From a bacterium (GTDB lineage: Bacteria > Patescibacteriota > Microgenomatia > UBA1400 > PJMF01): DNA of 43,943 bases. The notes under the pieces are model-generated. The model made no database searches. It saw only the letters and a program-made list of their open reading frames with translations, and was not told the origin of the DNA. Location of the stretch: the NCBI GenBank assembly GCA_017431585.1, contig JAFRKU010000088.1, positions 1 through 43,943 of the forward strand, read 5' to 3'. Positions 35,988-43,820 of the stretch are shown here, one piece after another. The translations under genes were made by a program, and so were the position numbers. Numbering within the stretch: the stretch's first letter is position 1; each line of letters starts with the position of its first letter.

Positions 35988-37647
35988 AAAATACTGGTGG
36001 CCAGGTATAATTGCGGTACTGATTGTGTTCTGTTTCGGACCATATATGCGCTTGGGGTTGCCGGTGACGCATGACGGCGAAAATCATGTGGCTCGTTTTG
36101 CTCAGTATTATTTAGCGCTGCGCCAAGGTCAAGTGCCGCCGCGACTGGGGCCGACGCTGGAAAACGGCTACGGTTATCCGGTGTTTAATTTCAATTATCC
36201 GCTGAGCAATATTTTGAGCGTGCCGCTGATAGCAGTGCGTCTACATCCGGAGCTGGTGTTTAAAATTTTGGCGGTGGGATACGTGTGTTTGGGCGCCTGG
36301 AGCTGGTGGCAGTGGCAAAAGGCGCGCGGGATGAAGCGGGCGGCTTTGGGTTGGTCGACGCTGGCTTACGTGTGGGCGCCGTACTTATATAATAGTATCT
36401 GGTATCGGGGTAACATAGGTGAAATTGCGGCCTGGGCGTTGGTGCCGCTGGTGGCGTGGCAAATTGAGCGGTGCCGCGAGGACAAAGCGTGGGCGTGGAG
36501 TACGCTGACAATCTCGCTGGCGGCCTTTTGCCTGTGTCACAATATTTTCGTGATGCTCATGATCCCGTGTTTGTTTGGGTACGCGCTGGTGCGAATGCGA
36601 GGGATGACAGAAAAAAAACGCTTCGGGCAGTTGTTAGGCGCGTTTGGACTAACGGTGGCAGTGACATTGTGGTTTTGGTTACCAGCTTTGGTGGAAAAAA
36701 AGTTGACGGTGCTGGACGGGGCGGGACTCAATCAAGAATATTTGCTCCACTTCCCTACCCTGTCGCAACTGCTCAGCTTTAATTACAGCGGCGGTTTGTC
36801 GTATCCGGGGAGGATCGATGGTTTGAGTTTGGGGGCGGGACTGGTGTTGGTGCTGACACTGGGAGTGGCGAGCGTGAAGACGCTATTGTGCAGATGCAAC
36901 CGACAGTCGTTAACGACTAAAATAGTCGTTAACGACTATTTGTTAATTGGCGCGTGGGTATTAATTGTTTTACAATTGACGATGAGCGCGCCGGTGTGGC
37001 GGTGGATACCGTTTTGGCATTATGTGCAATTTCCGTGGCGGTTGAGTTTGGCGTGGCAATTAATCCTATGCTGGCTGCTGGCCGAAATGGTCAATTTTTG
37101 GTCGCTACGCCTGGCTCCGAAATGGCAAAAATGGTTAGATATGGCGTTGGTCATAATTTTTGGGGCGCAATTGGTGCTGATGATCTACGGTTGGCCGCGA
37201 GATTTTTTTCATCGCGACAAAATCGAATATCAACTCTACTCGCAAGCGACTTCCACCGCGCACGAAAACACGCCGCGGAGTTTTACTTTTGAAATTTGGC
37301 GGGAGGTGGCGGAAGCGCCGCAAGTGGCCAGTGGCGAGGGTGAGTTATTAGGCGCGAGCGTGCTGAATACGACGCACAAAAAATTTGAAGTGGTGTGCGA
37401 AAGCGAGCAGTGTGTGATCATCGAGCCGACGGCGAATTTTGCGGGGTTTGCCACGCGGGTGGACGGGGCGCGCGCGACGTATGTGGACAATGGTGACATC
37501 GGCGGACGGATTGCTTACATTCTCGGGCGCGGGACGCACACGGTGGAAACACGGTTTACGGAGAAGACGTGGCCGCGGTTGGTGGGCGATGGGATCAGTG
37601 TGCTCGCCGTTGTGGCGATCATTTACATGGCGACCCGGCGGCGCTAG
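35962..37647 (+). CDS. Polytopic membrane protein, GT-C-like (PTPS-related membrane domain family)
   Basis: About 561 aa from ATG 35962 (MHKWWQQIKKYWWPG...). The first loop reads PVTHDGENHVARFAQYYLALRQGQVPPRLGPTLENGYGYPVFNFNYPLSNIL, the pattern of the so-called 6-pyruvoyl-tetrahydropterin-synthase-related membrane proteins. Overlaps the upstream gene by 26 nt. Confidence 0.55.
   Translation: MHKWWQQIKKYWWPGIIAVLIVFCFGPYMRLGLPVTHDGENHVARFAQYYLALRQGQVPPRLGPTLENGYGYPVFNFNYPLSNILSVPLIAVRLHPELVFKILAVGYVCLGAWSWWQWQKARGMKRAALGWSTLAYVWAPYLYNSIWYRGNIGEIAAWALVPLVAWQIERCREDKAWAWSTLTISLAAFCLCHNIFVMLMIPCLFGYALVRMRGMTEKKRFGQLLGAFGLTVAVTLWFWLPALVEKKLTVLDGAGLNQEYLLHFPTLSQLLSFNYSGGLSYPGRIDGLSLGAGLVLVLTLGVASVKTLLCRCNRQSLTTKIVVNDYLLIGAWVLIVLQLTMSAPVWRWIPFWHYVQFPWRLSLAWQLILCWLLAEMVNFWSLRLAPKWQKWLDMALVIIFGAQLVLMIYGWPRDFFHRDKIEYQLYSQATSTAHENTPRSFTFEIWREVAEAPQVASGEGELLGASVLNTTHKKFEVVCESEQCVIIEPTANFAGFATRVDGARATYVDNGDIGGRIAYILGRGTHTVETRFTEKTWPRLVGDGISVLAVVAIIYMATRRR
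36627..36640 (+). repeat. GCAGTTGTTAGGCG 14-mer, exact copy 4
   Basis: cttcggGCAGTTGTTAGGCGcgtttg. Reads Q-L-L-G in frame. Confidence 0.9.
37342..37354 (+). repeat. gAGTTaTTAGGCG: near-copy of the 14-mer
   Basis: gggtGAGTTATTAGGCGcgagc. Differs from the 13-nt core at two positions and reads E-L-L-G. Confidence 0.5.
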
Positions 37648-37655
37648 TGGGGGCT

Positions 37656-38708
37656 TTAAAGTTCGAGCAGCCAGTTGGCTAGTTTTTGGCGTTTGGCCAT
37701 GAGTTCGATGTAGTCGTGGACAGAGGGTTCGGCCAGTTGACGTTGGCGCTCGGTTTCGTCGGTGACATCTGGCATGGCTTTGATGAGCGCTTGTTGGATT
37801 TCTTCGTCAGTGACAGTGACTTTTTCGGCCGTCATCAAGGCGTCTAAAATGAATTCCAATTGCAAATCTTGCAGCGCGCGTAACAAATACTGCTGGCTGA
37901 CAGCCTGCTCGCTCATGCCGGTGTTGTGGAAATAGTCGGTGAGCGTCAAGTTATATTGTTGGAGTTGCTGGGCGAGTTTGTCTAGTTCACGCTGGGCCGT
38001 GCGGCGCACTAGGAGGGCGGAAACTTTGGGTTGGAGTTCGCGCAAAAGTTCCATCAGGGCTTCGTCGGTAGCGCGAGCGCGCATTTGCTCGGCGGTAAGG
38101 GTGGGCGGTTGTGGACTTTTGTCTTCTTTTTTATCTTTGCTAGCAGCGTCTTTTTTCAGTTGAGCTTGCTCGTCTTGAATCGTTTTGAGCAAACGTTTTT
38201 TGGCGTTGGCTAAAAATTTTTTGTAGTCTGGGAGTTTAACAGTTGTTTTTTGCGGCAGATAGGCCACAATTTCCCAGTCGGCGTTTTTGTCGGCTTTTTT
38301 CACGAGCAGCTCTGGTTCGGCGAAAAGTTTGACGTCGGACTTTTTCAAGGCTGCTTGGAAAGCGTCGCTACCGACAGCGCGCATGACTTCTTGGATTAAA
38401 TAGTCACGATTGACGCGCTCTTCGGCGATGCTGACGGGTACTTTGCCCGGGCGGAAGCCATCTTGGCGCATGCCGCGGGCGACTTGGCGCAAGGTTTTGG
38501 TGTACGCCGGCTCGACGGTGGCCCAAGCGATGGTAAACTCGAGGGTGGGATCATCGACTAGCATGTCTTTGAGAAGGTCAGCGGCGGTGGGTTCGTGGGC
38601 GTGATCGTGATGGTGAGCGACGGCTTTTTTGGTCGGTGCGGCCGCTTTTTTCTCTTTGGCAGCGCTGCTAGTTTGAGTTGTGGTTTTTTTCTTGGTTTCT
38701 TTGGTCAT
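37656..38708 (-). CDS. tig: Trigger factor lacking the PPIase domain
   Basis: The N-domain has GFRPGKVPVSIAEERV, and the C-terminal arm-domain helices follow directly. No FKBP-type segment lies between them. There is a ~45-aa K/T/A/H-rich N-terminal extension (…AVAHHHDHAHEP…). Start moved to ATG 38708, 7 nt after TGATATAAT (-10 at 38721..38716). Confidence 0.75.
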   Translation of the reverse strand: MTKETKKKTTTQTSSAAKEKKAAAPTKKAVAHHHDHAHEPTAADLLKDMLVDDPTLEFTIAWATVEPAYTKTLRQVARGMRQDGFRPGKVPVSIAEERVNRDYLIQEVMRAVGSDAFQAALKKSDVKLFAEPELLVKKADKNADWEIVAYLPQKTTVKLPDYKKFLANAKKRLLKTIQDEQAQLKKDAASKDKKEDKSPQPPTLTAEQMRARATDEALMELLRELQPKVSALLVRRTAQRELDKLAQQLQQYNLTLTDYFHNTGMSEQAVSQQYLLRALQDLQLEFILDALMTAEKVTVTDEEIQQALIKAMPDVTDETERQRQLAEPSVHDYIELMAKRQKLANWLLEL

Positions 38709-38932
38709 GTGGCGTATTATATCATATTTAGTGGCAGTTGGGGGAGGGAAAATTGACCAGAATTTGACAAACGCTGTTTTATTGCTATAATCATCGCTAA
38801 AATATTTTGAATACAAAATTATTGGTTACTTTTTATATTTTACCTCGCATTGTATTGTCGAAGCTATGTACGTCCACGCCAGCGATGGCAAACTCACGGA
38901 AGGCGGTTGCGCCAATGGAGACGGAAACTTCG

Positions 38933-39700
38933 TCAACCCGTTTGCAACTGCACCGCCAGATCATAGATGACGTTTTTGGCCGAAACATTGTGGCGCAGGA
39001 GTTCGCGCGCGCGCGATAGCGCGCGCGCGAGGTGGGCCGAGCGCAGTGCGCCCGGCCCGCTACCGTCAGTAACACGGGCGTTGCCGGCTGCAGGCGTGGC
39101 CACCGTGGTTTCGCCGGCGTCAAGCAGTGCGACGGCTTCAGCCAGCCAAGCGGACAGCGCTCGGTCGGTAAATTGCGTTTGGGTGAGCGCGTCATCGGTT
39201 TTGCTTAATTTTTTGTATTCACTGGTGAGGGCGTCGCTTAATTTTTGATTTAACTGGCTGGCACTCAATGACGACCAGTTGGCAACGCCCAGTTCGGCAA
39301 GCGAGGGCGAAAAATCAACGTTTTGAGCAGTTGTTAGGCGGAAAACGCGGCAGCGTGAGCGGACAGTGGGCAATATTCGGTTATCGCTGGCGGCGAGGAG
39401 CACGAGATAGACATTGGTGGGCGGTTCTTCGAGTAATTTCAGCAGCGCATTTTGCGCGGGTGGGAGACAACGGTCCATATCAGTGAGCACGAAAACCGTT
39501 GGGGTGCGGCCGCCGCTTTGAGCGACTTGCAATTGCAAGTCGCGCACCATATCGATGGCGAGCGTTTGGCCGAAATTCGGCAGCTGAAAATTGGCACTAT
39601 CAGTCAATATTTTTTGCTGGCGCAACCAATCTTGGACAAAATGCTGGGCGAGGCGGCCATCGGCGAAACTTTGCGGTGTGATGATCATGATACTTGGCAT
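38933..39700 (-). CDS. holB: DNA polymerase III delta' subunit
   Basis: AQNALLKLLEEPPTNVYLVLLA...ILPTVRSRCRVFRL (sensor/SRC motif), with no intact P-loop. Start set to ATG 39700 (MPSIMIITPQ...) behind GGGAG. Confidence 0.7.
   Translation of the reverse strand: MPSIMIITPQSFADGRLAQHFVQDWLRQQKILTDSANFQLPNFGQTLAIDMVRDLQLQVAQSGGRTPTVFVLTDMDRCLPPAQNALLKLLEEPPTNVYLVLLAASDNRILPTVRSRCRVFRLTTAQNVDFSPSLAELGVANWSSLSASQLNQKLSDALTSEYKKLSKTDDALTQTQFTDRALSAWLAEAVALLDAGETTVATPAAGNARVTDGSGPGALRSAHLARALSRARELLRHNVSAKNVIYDLAVQLQTG
39327..39340 (+). repeat. GCAGTTGTTAGGCG 14-mer, exact copy 5 (antisense to holB)
   Basis: ttttgaGCAGTTGTTAGGCGgaaaac. On the coding (minus) strand it is read as R-L-T-T-A-Q. Confidence 0.9.
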
Positions 39701-39749
39701 AAATCTGCTCCCTTGCACTTTGGTTGTCATTATTATATAATGAGTGTCA

Positions 39750-41489
39750 ATGCTAAGAGAGACGAAAACGATTTTGGATTTGCTGCTGGAGGCAGGCAAG
39801 ATTGATCAGACGCAATACAATAGTTTGCAAATGCAACAATTGCGGACTAATCGGCCGGCTGAAGATGTGGTAGCGGAGAGCGGTTTGGTGCCGGAAGCGG
39901 ATATTACTGCCTATTTATCGCAATTAAATGGTATTCCGTTGGTGCGACTGAAAGAAGTGGGGGCGGCGCCTGAGGCCTTGTCACTGGTGGATATCGATAT
40001 TGCCCGGCGCTATCAAATGTTTCCTTTTGCGGTCGATAATGCCAACAACACTTTGTTGGTGGCGATGGATAATCCGCTGGACGTGGCGGCCATCCAGTTT
40101 GTGTCGCAAAAAACAGGGCGGCGAGTGATACCACATTATGCCAATAAATCCGATATCGCCAAAATGATTGAGGATGCTTACAATAATAATTTGTCGGCGG
40201 AGGTCAATGAAGCGATTGCCGAGACGGAAAACGTGGTCAAGGCCAAGTCGGTGGAAAGCTTTAGTGAGCTGACGAGCGAAGGTATTATTCGTCAAGCGCC
40301 GATCGCCAAAATTGTGGAACAAATTTTGGGTTTTGCGGTGGGTTCGGGGGCTTCGGATATTCACATCGAACCGCAGGCGAATCGGATTCGGGTGCGCTAC
40401 CGGATTGACGGGTTGCTCATGGAAAAGTTGATTCTTCCCCGCTCTGTTTTGGATTCGCTGGTGTCGCGGATTAAAATTTTGTCTAGATTGAAAATCGATG
40501 AAAAGCGGGTGCCGCAGGACGGACGTTTCGGTTTTAGTTCGGATAAAGGTTCGGTGGATTTGCGGGTGTCAACGCTGCCGACGGTGTTGGGCGAAAAAAT
40601 CGTGATCCGGCTGTTGCGCAAGCAAGAGCGGATCCCGACGATGGAAGAGCTGGGCATGGCAGGGCGCGGTTTGCAAAAATTTAACGAAGCGCTGCATGTG
40701 CCGCAAGGGATCATTTTAGTGACAGGGCCGACTGGTTCGGGGAAAACGACCACGCTGTATTCGGCGCTGCATATTGTCAATACGGTGAGTGTGAATGTGC
40801 TGACGGTGGAAGACCCGGTGGAGTTTGAGATGCAAGGGGTGAGTCAGGTCCAGGTAAATAATCAGGCGGGCTTGACTTTCGCGGCGGCGCTGCGGTCTTT
40901 TTTGCGTCAGGATCCAGACGTGATTATGGTGGGGGAAATTCGCGATCAGGAAACGGCGGCGCTGGCGGTGCAAGCGTCACTGACGGGGCACAAAGTGTTT
41001 TCCACACTGCACACTAATTCGGCGGCCGGAGCAATCCCGCGGTTGTTTGATATGGGGATTGAGCCATTTTTGCTGTCGTCTTCGATCACTTTGGTGATGG
41101 CGCAGCGGGTGGCGCGGCGACTGAATCCGCAAATGAGCGAAGAGTATGTGCCAACGAGTGAAGAAGTGACAAAGTTGCAAGAAGTTTTGGGCCGACATTT
41201 TGACGAGTGGTTGCAACAAAACAACAAAACGGTGGATACGCTGCGCTTGCGGCGGCCGCGCAGTGATCTGGCCAACAAAGAAGACGGTTATAAAGGACGA
41301 GTGGCTATTTTTGAAATTATGCCGATGAGTCCAGCTTTGCAAGAGCTGACGATTAAAAATGCGCCGGCGATCGAGTTGGAAAAAGTGGCGCTGGCTGAAG
41401 GGATGCTTTTGATGAAACAAGATGGTTTCGTCCGGGTGCTGGAAGGCATGACCACGATGGAGGAAATTTTGCGGGTGGCGGAAACTTGA
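39750..41489 (+). CDS. pilB: Type IV pilus assembly ATPase PilB (GspE family)
   Basis: The N-terminal GSPII_E_N-like domain is followed by Walker A GPTGSGKTTTLY, the Asp box, Walker B DPDVIMVGEIRD and the His box TGHKVFSTLHTN. ATG 39750 lies 8 nt after TATAAT 39736..39741. Confidence 0.9.
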   Translation: MLRETKTILDLLLEAGKIDQTQYNSLQMQQLRTNRPAEDVVAESGLVPEADITAYLSQLNGIPLVRLKEVGAAPEALSLVDIDIARRYQMFPFAVDNANNTLLVAMDNPLDVAAIQFVSQKTGRRVIPHYANKSDIAKMIEDAYNNNLSAEVNEAIAETENVVKAKSVESFSELTSEGIIRQAPIAKIVEQILGFAVGSGASDIHIEPQANRIRVRYRIDGLLMEKLILPRSVLDSLVSRIKILSRLKIDEKRVPQDGRFGFSSDKGSVDLRVSTLPTVLGEKIVIRLLRKQERIPTMEELGMAGRGLQKFNEALHVPQGIILVTGPTGSGKTTTLYSALHIVNTVSVNVLTVEDPVEFEMQGVSQVQVNNQAGLTFAAALRSFLRQDPDVIMVGEIRDQETAALAVQASLTGHKVFSTLHTNSAAGAIPRLFDMGIEPFLLSSSITLVMAQRVARRLNPQMSEEYVPTSEEVTKLQEVLGRHFDEWLQQNNKTVDTLRLRRPRSDLANKEDGYKGRVAIFEIMPMSPALQELTIKNAPAIELEKVALAEGMLLMKQDGFVRVLEGMTTMEEILRVAET

Positions 41490-41520
41490 CAGGAGAAAAA
41501 AGATTTGGTAAAAGGTAGAT

Positions 41521-42576
41521 ATGAACATTTTTGATATTTTGGGTATGCTGGTGGAACGAGGCGGTTCGGACATCCATTTGCTAGCGGGTGTGCCGCCGAT
41601 TATGCGGATTGACGGCGATTTAGTGCCGGTGGAGGGCGTGGGAGCTTTAGGCGAGGCAGAGCTGGATATTCTAATTTCGCCGTTGATGAACGAAGCGCAG
41701 AAAAAAGTTTTTGCTGAAAAATGGGAGCACGATTTTGCGTATCAGTTTGCGGACAAGGGTCGGTTTCGGGTCAATGTCTACATGGCCCGGGGCAAAAAAT
41801 CGGCGGCGCTGCGGTTGATCCCGGCGCAGATTCGCACTATCGAAGAACTCAATTTGCCCCCGATTTTTAATCAATTGGCACTGATGAAACAAGGACTGGT
41901 GCTGGTAACTGGTCCCACGGGTGAGGGTAAATCGACGTCGCTGGCGGCTTTGATTGATAGAATTAATAGCACGCGCAATGAACACATTTTAACCATCGAA
42001 GACCCAATTGAGTTTATTTACGAACCGAAGCGATCGATTATTTCTCAGCGGGAGCTCAATGAAGACACGCAAACGTGGGCGGCGGCGCTGCGGAGTGCTT
42101 TGCGCGAAGATCCCAATATCGTGCTGGTGGGCGAAATGCGTGACTATGAAACTATTGCCGCGGCGATTACAGTGGCGGAAACGGGTCACTTGGTGCTGGG
42201 GACACTGCACACGGCTTCGGCGGCGCAAACGGTGGACCGGATTATCGATAGTTTCCCGGCGCATCAGCAAGCGCAAATTCGCCAGCAGCTGGCGCAAACG
42301 TTGGAGGCGGTGGTATCGCAACGGTTGCTGAAGAAAAACGGCGGCGGTCGGGTGGCGGCTTTTGAGGTCATGTCGGTTAATAACGGCGTGCGCAATTTGA
42401 TTCGGGAATCTAAGAGTTATCAGATCGATAATATTTTGCAAACTACGCAAGACGAAGGCAATATACTGATTGAAACGTCGCTGCTGAATTTGTTGCAACA
42501 AAATTTAATCACGCGCGAAGACGCGCTGCGCACAGCTTTTCGCCCCGAACAATTGGCGCGGAGTTTAGGAGGATAA
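41521..42576 (+). CDS. pilT: Type IV pilus retraction ATPase PilT
   Basis: 351 aa, with GSDIHL, GPTGEGKSTSLAA, DPNIVLVGEMRD and TGHLVLGTLHTASAAQTVDRI. Confidence 0.9.
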   Translation: MNIFDILGMLVERGGSDIHLLAGVPPIMRIDGDLVPVEGVGALGEAELDILISPLMNEAQKKVFAEKWEHDFAYQFADKGRFRVNVYMARGKKSAALRLIPAQIRTIEELNLPPIFNQLALMKQGLVLVTGPTGEGKSTSLAALIDRINSTRNEHILTIEDPIEFIYEPKRSIISQRELNEDTQTWAAALRSALREDPNIVLVGEMRDYETIAAAITVAETGHLVLGTLHTASAAQTVDRIIDSFPAHQQAQIRQQLAQTLEAVVSQRLLKKNGGGRVAAFEVMSVNNGVRNLIRESKSYQIDNILQTTQDEGNILIETSLLNLLQQNLITREDALRTAFRPEQLARSLGG

Positions 42577-42579
42577 ACC

Positions 42580-43788
42580 ATGCCATTTTTCACTTATAAG
42601 GCGAAAACAAACAGCGGATTGGTGCAAAAAGGGCGCGTGGAAGCGGCCAACATTAATAAAGCCGCGGAAACTTTGAGCGAACGTGGCTTGTTTGTGATCA
42701 CGCTGGATCCGGTGGTGGAAACGGGATTTTTGAGTATTTTTGCGCGCAAAGCCACCATGAAGTTTGACGAAGTGGTGATTTTCACGCGACAAATGGCAGC
42801 GATTATCGAAGCGGGTTTGACGATTACCAATGGCATCGGGATTTTGGCGGATCAAGCTTCGCCCGGGGCCAAAGAAGTGCTTAATCAAATTTTGAATGAT
42901 TTGGAAGCGGGAATGAGTTTTTCGGCGGCGCTGCGACGTTTTCCCAAAATTTTTGATAATTCTTATACCTATATGGTAGAAGCCGGTGAATCCAGCGGGA
43001 GTTTGGACGTGGTGCTCAATCGCTTGGCTGACACGATGGAAGAACGGCGCGAGTTTAAATCCAAAGTCAGCGGGGCGATGATTTACCCGATTGCGATTTT
43101 TATCATCATGGGTATTGTGGTGGTCGTGGTGATGATTTTTGTGGTGCCGACGATTTCGGAAATTTTTGAGCAGTTTGACGCCGAATTGCCGATTGCGACG
43201 CGAATTTTGATTGGTTTATCGGATTTTATGGTTAACTATTGGTATTGGTGTATCGCTTTGGTGGCGGCGGTGGTGGGGGTGTATTGGGTGTGGTATCAAG
43301 CGCCGGCGAGTAAACGGATCGTGGATAAAATCATGCTGAAAATACCGGTGTTTGGTCCCTTGCGCCAAAAAACGATTTTGAAAGATTATAATGAAACGCT
43401 GGGGATGTTAGTGCACTCGGGTGTGCCGCTAGTGGAAGCTTTGGATTTGGCGGGTTCGAGCGTGACGAGTCCGGTGTATCATGATAATTTGATGGAAATC
43501 CAGGAAAAAGTGGAAAAAGGGATTAGTCTGGGCACGGCTTTTGAAGCCTATGATGATTTCCCGCCAATCATGACGCAAATGATTAAAGTGGGCGAAGAAA
43601 CCGGCAAGTTGGACGAAGTGCTGATGAAAATCACCGAATACTTCCGCGGCGATAGCGAGCGGGCGGTGGCTAATATGATGTCGGCCCTGGAGCCAATCAT
43701 CATGGTGATTTTGGGTCTGGCGGTGGCTTTCTTGGTGATTGCTATCATCTTGCCTATCTTCCAACTTTCGGATGCAGTCAATATGTAA
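42580..43788 (+). CDS. pilC: Type IV pilus platform protein PilC (GspF family)
   Basis: 402 aa with two GspF repeats (FTRQMAAIIEAGLTI...; YNETLGMLVHSGVPLVEAL...) and three TM segments. GGAGG lies 7 nt upstream. Confidence 0.9.
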   Translation: MPFFTYKAKTNSGLVQKGRVEAANINKAAETLSERGLFVITLDPVVETGFLSIFARKATMKFDEVVIFTRQMAAIIEAGLTITNGIGILADQASPGAKEVLNQILNDLEAGMSFSAALRRFPKIFDNSYTYMVEAGESSGSLDVVLNRLADTMEERREFKSKVSGAMIYPIAIFIIMGIVVVVVMIFVVPTISEIFEQFDAELPIATRILIGLSDFMVNYWYWCIALVAAVVGVYWVWYQAPASKRIVDKIMLKIPVFGPLRQKTILKDYNETLGMLVHSGVPLVEALDLAGSSVTSPVYHDNLMEIQEKVEKGISLGTAFEAYDDFPPIMTQMIKVGEETGKLDEVLMKITEYFRGDSERAVANMMSALEPIIMVILGLAVAFLVIAIILPIFQLSDAVNM

Positions 43789-43820
43789 AGGACTATTATA
43801 ATAGTATACAGAAAGCAGAC

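Noticed and set aside
38817-38932. Possible small gene or RNA in the 116-bp spacer between holB and the trigger-factor gene.
   Set aside because: No ORF with a start context, hairpin or conserved motif was seen. The spacer most simply holds the trigger-factor promoter region.
14085-39799. Longer N-termini given by the ORF track for 13054(-), 14085, 15965(-), 15997, 17283(-), 25045, 34152, 35893, 38816(-), 39744 and 39799(-).
   Set aside because: The extensions overlap the genes' own -10 boxes or upstream genes and add non-conserved residues. Internal ATG codons sit at the recurring 6-9-nt distance from TATAAT or behind GGAGG, and they give canonical N-termini (e.g. [13 protein letters not shown]).
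2629-42501. Long ORFs on the strand opposite to confidently called genes: 2629..3165, 5302..5829, 6526..6957, 12047..12679, 13851..14513, 15187..15681, 16174..16752, 18125..18601, 18605..19213, 24216..24908, 25744..26295, 26410..26910, 27756..28334, 28706..29587, 29591..30013, 31416..31850, 34521..35405, 40977..41573 and 41989..42501.
   Set aside because: Each lies fully inside a gene with clear family motifs on the other strand. Their translations are low-complexity (R/H/P/Q-rich) shadow-frame products with no motifs, promoter or SD.
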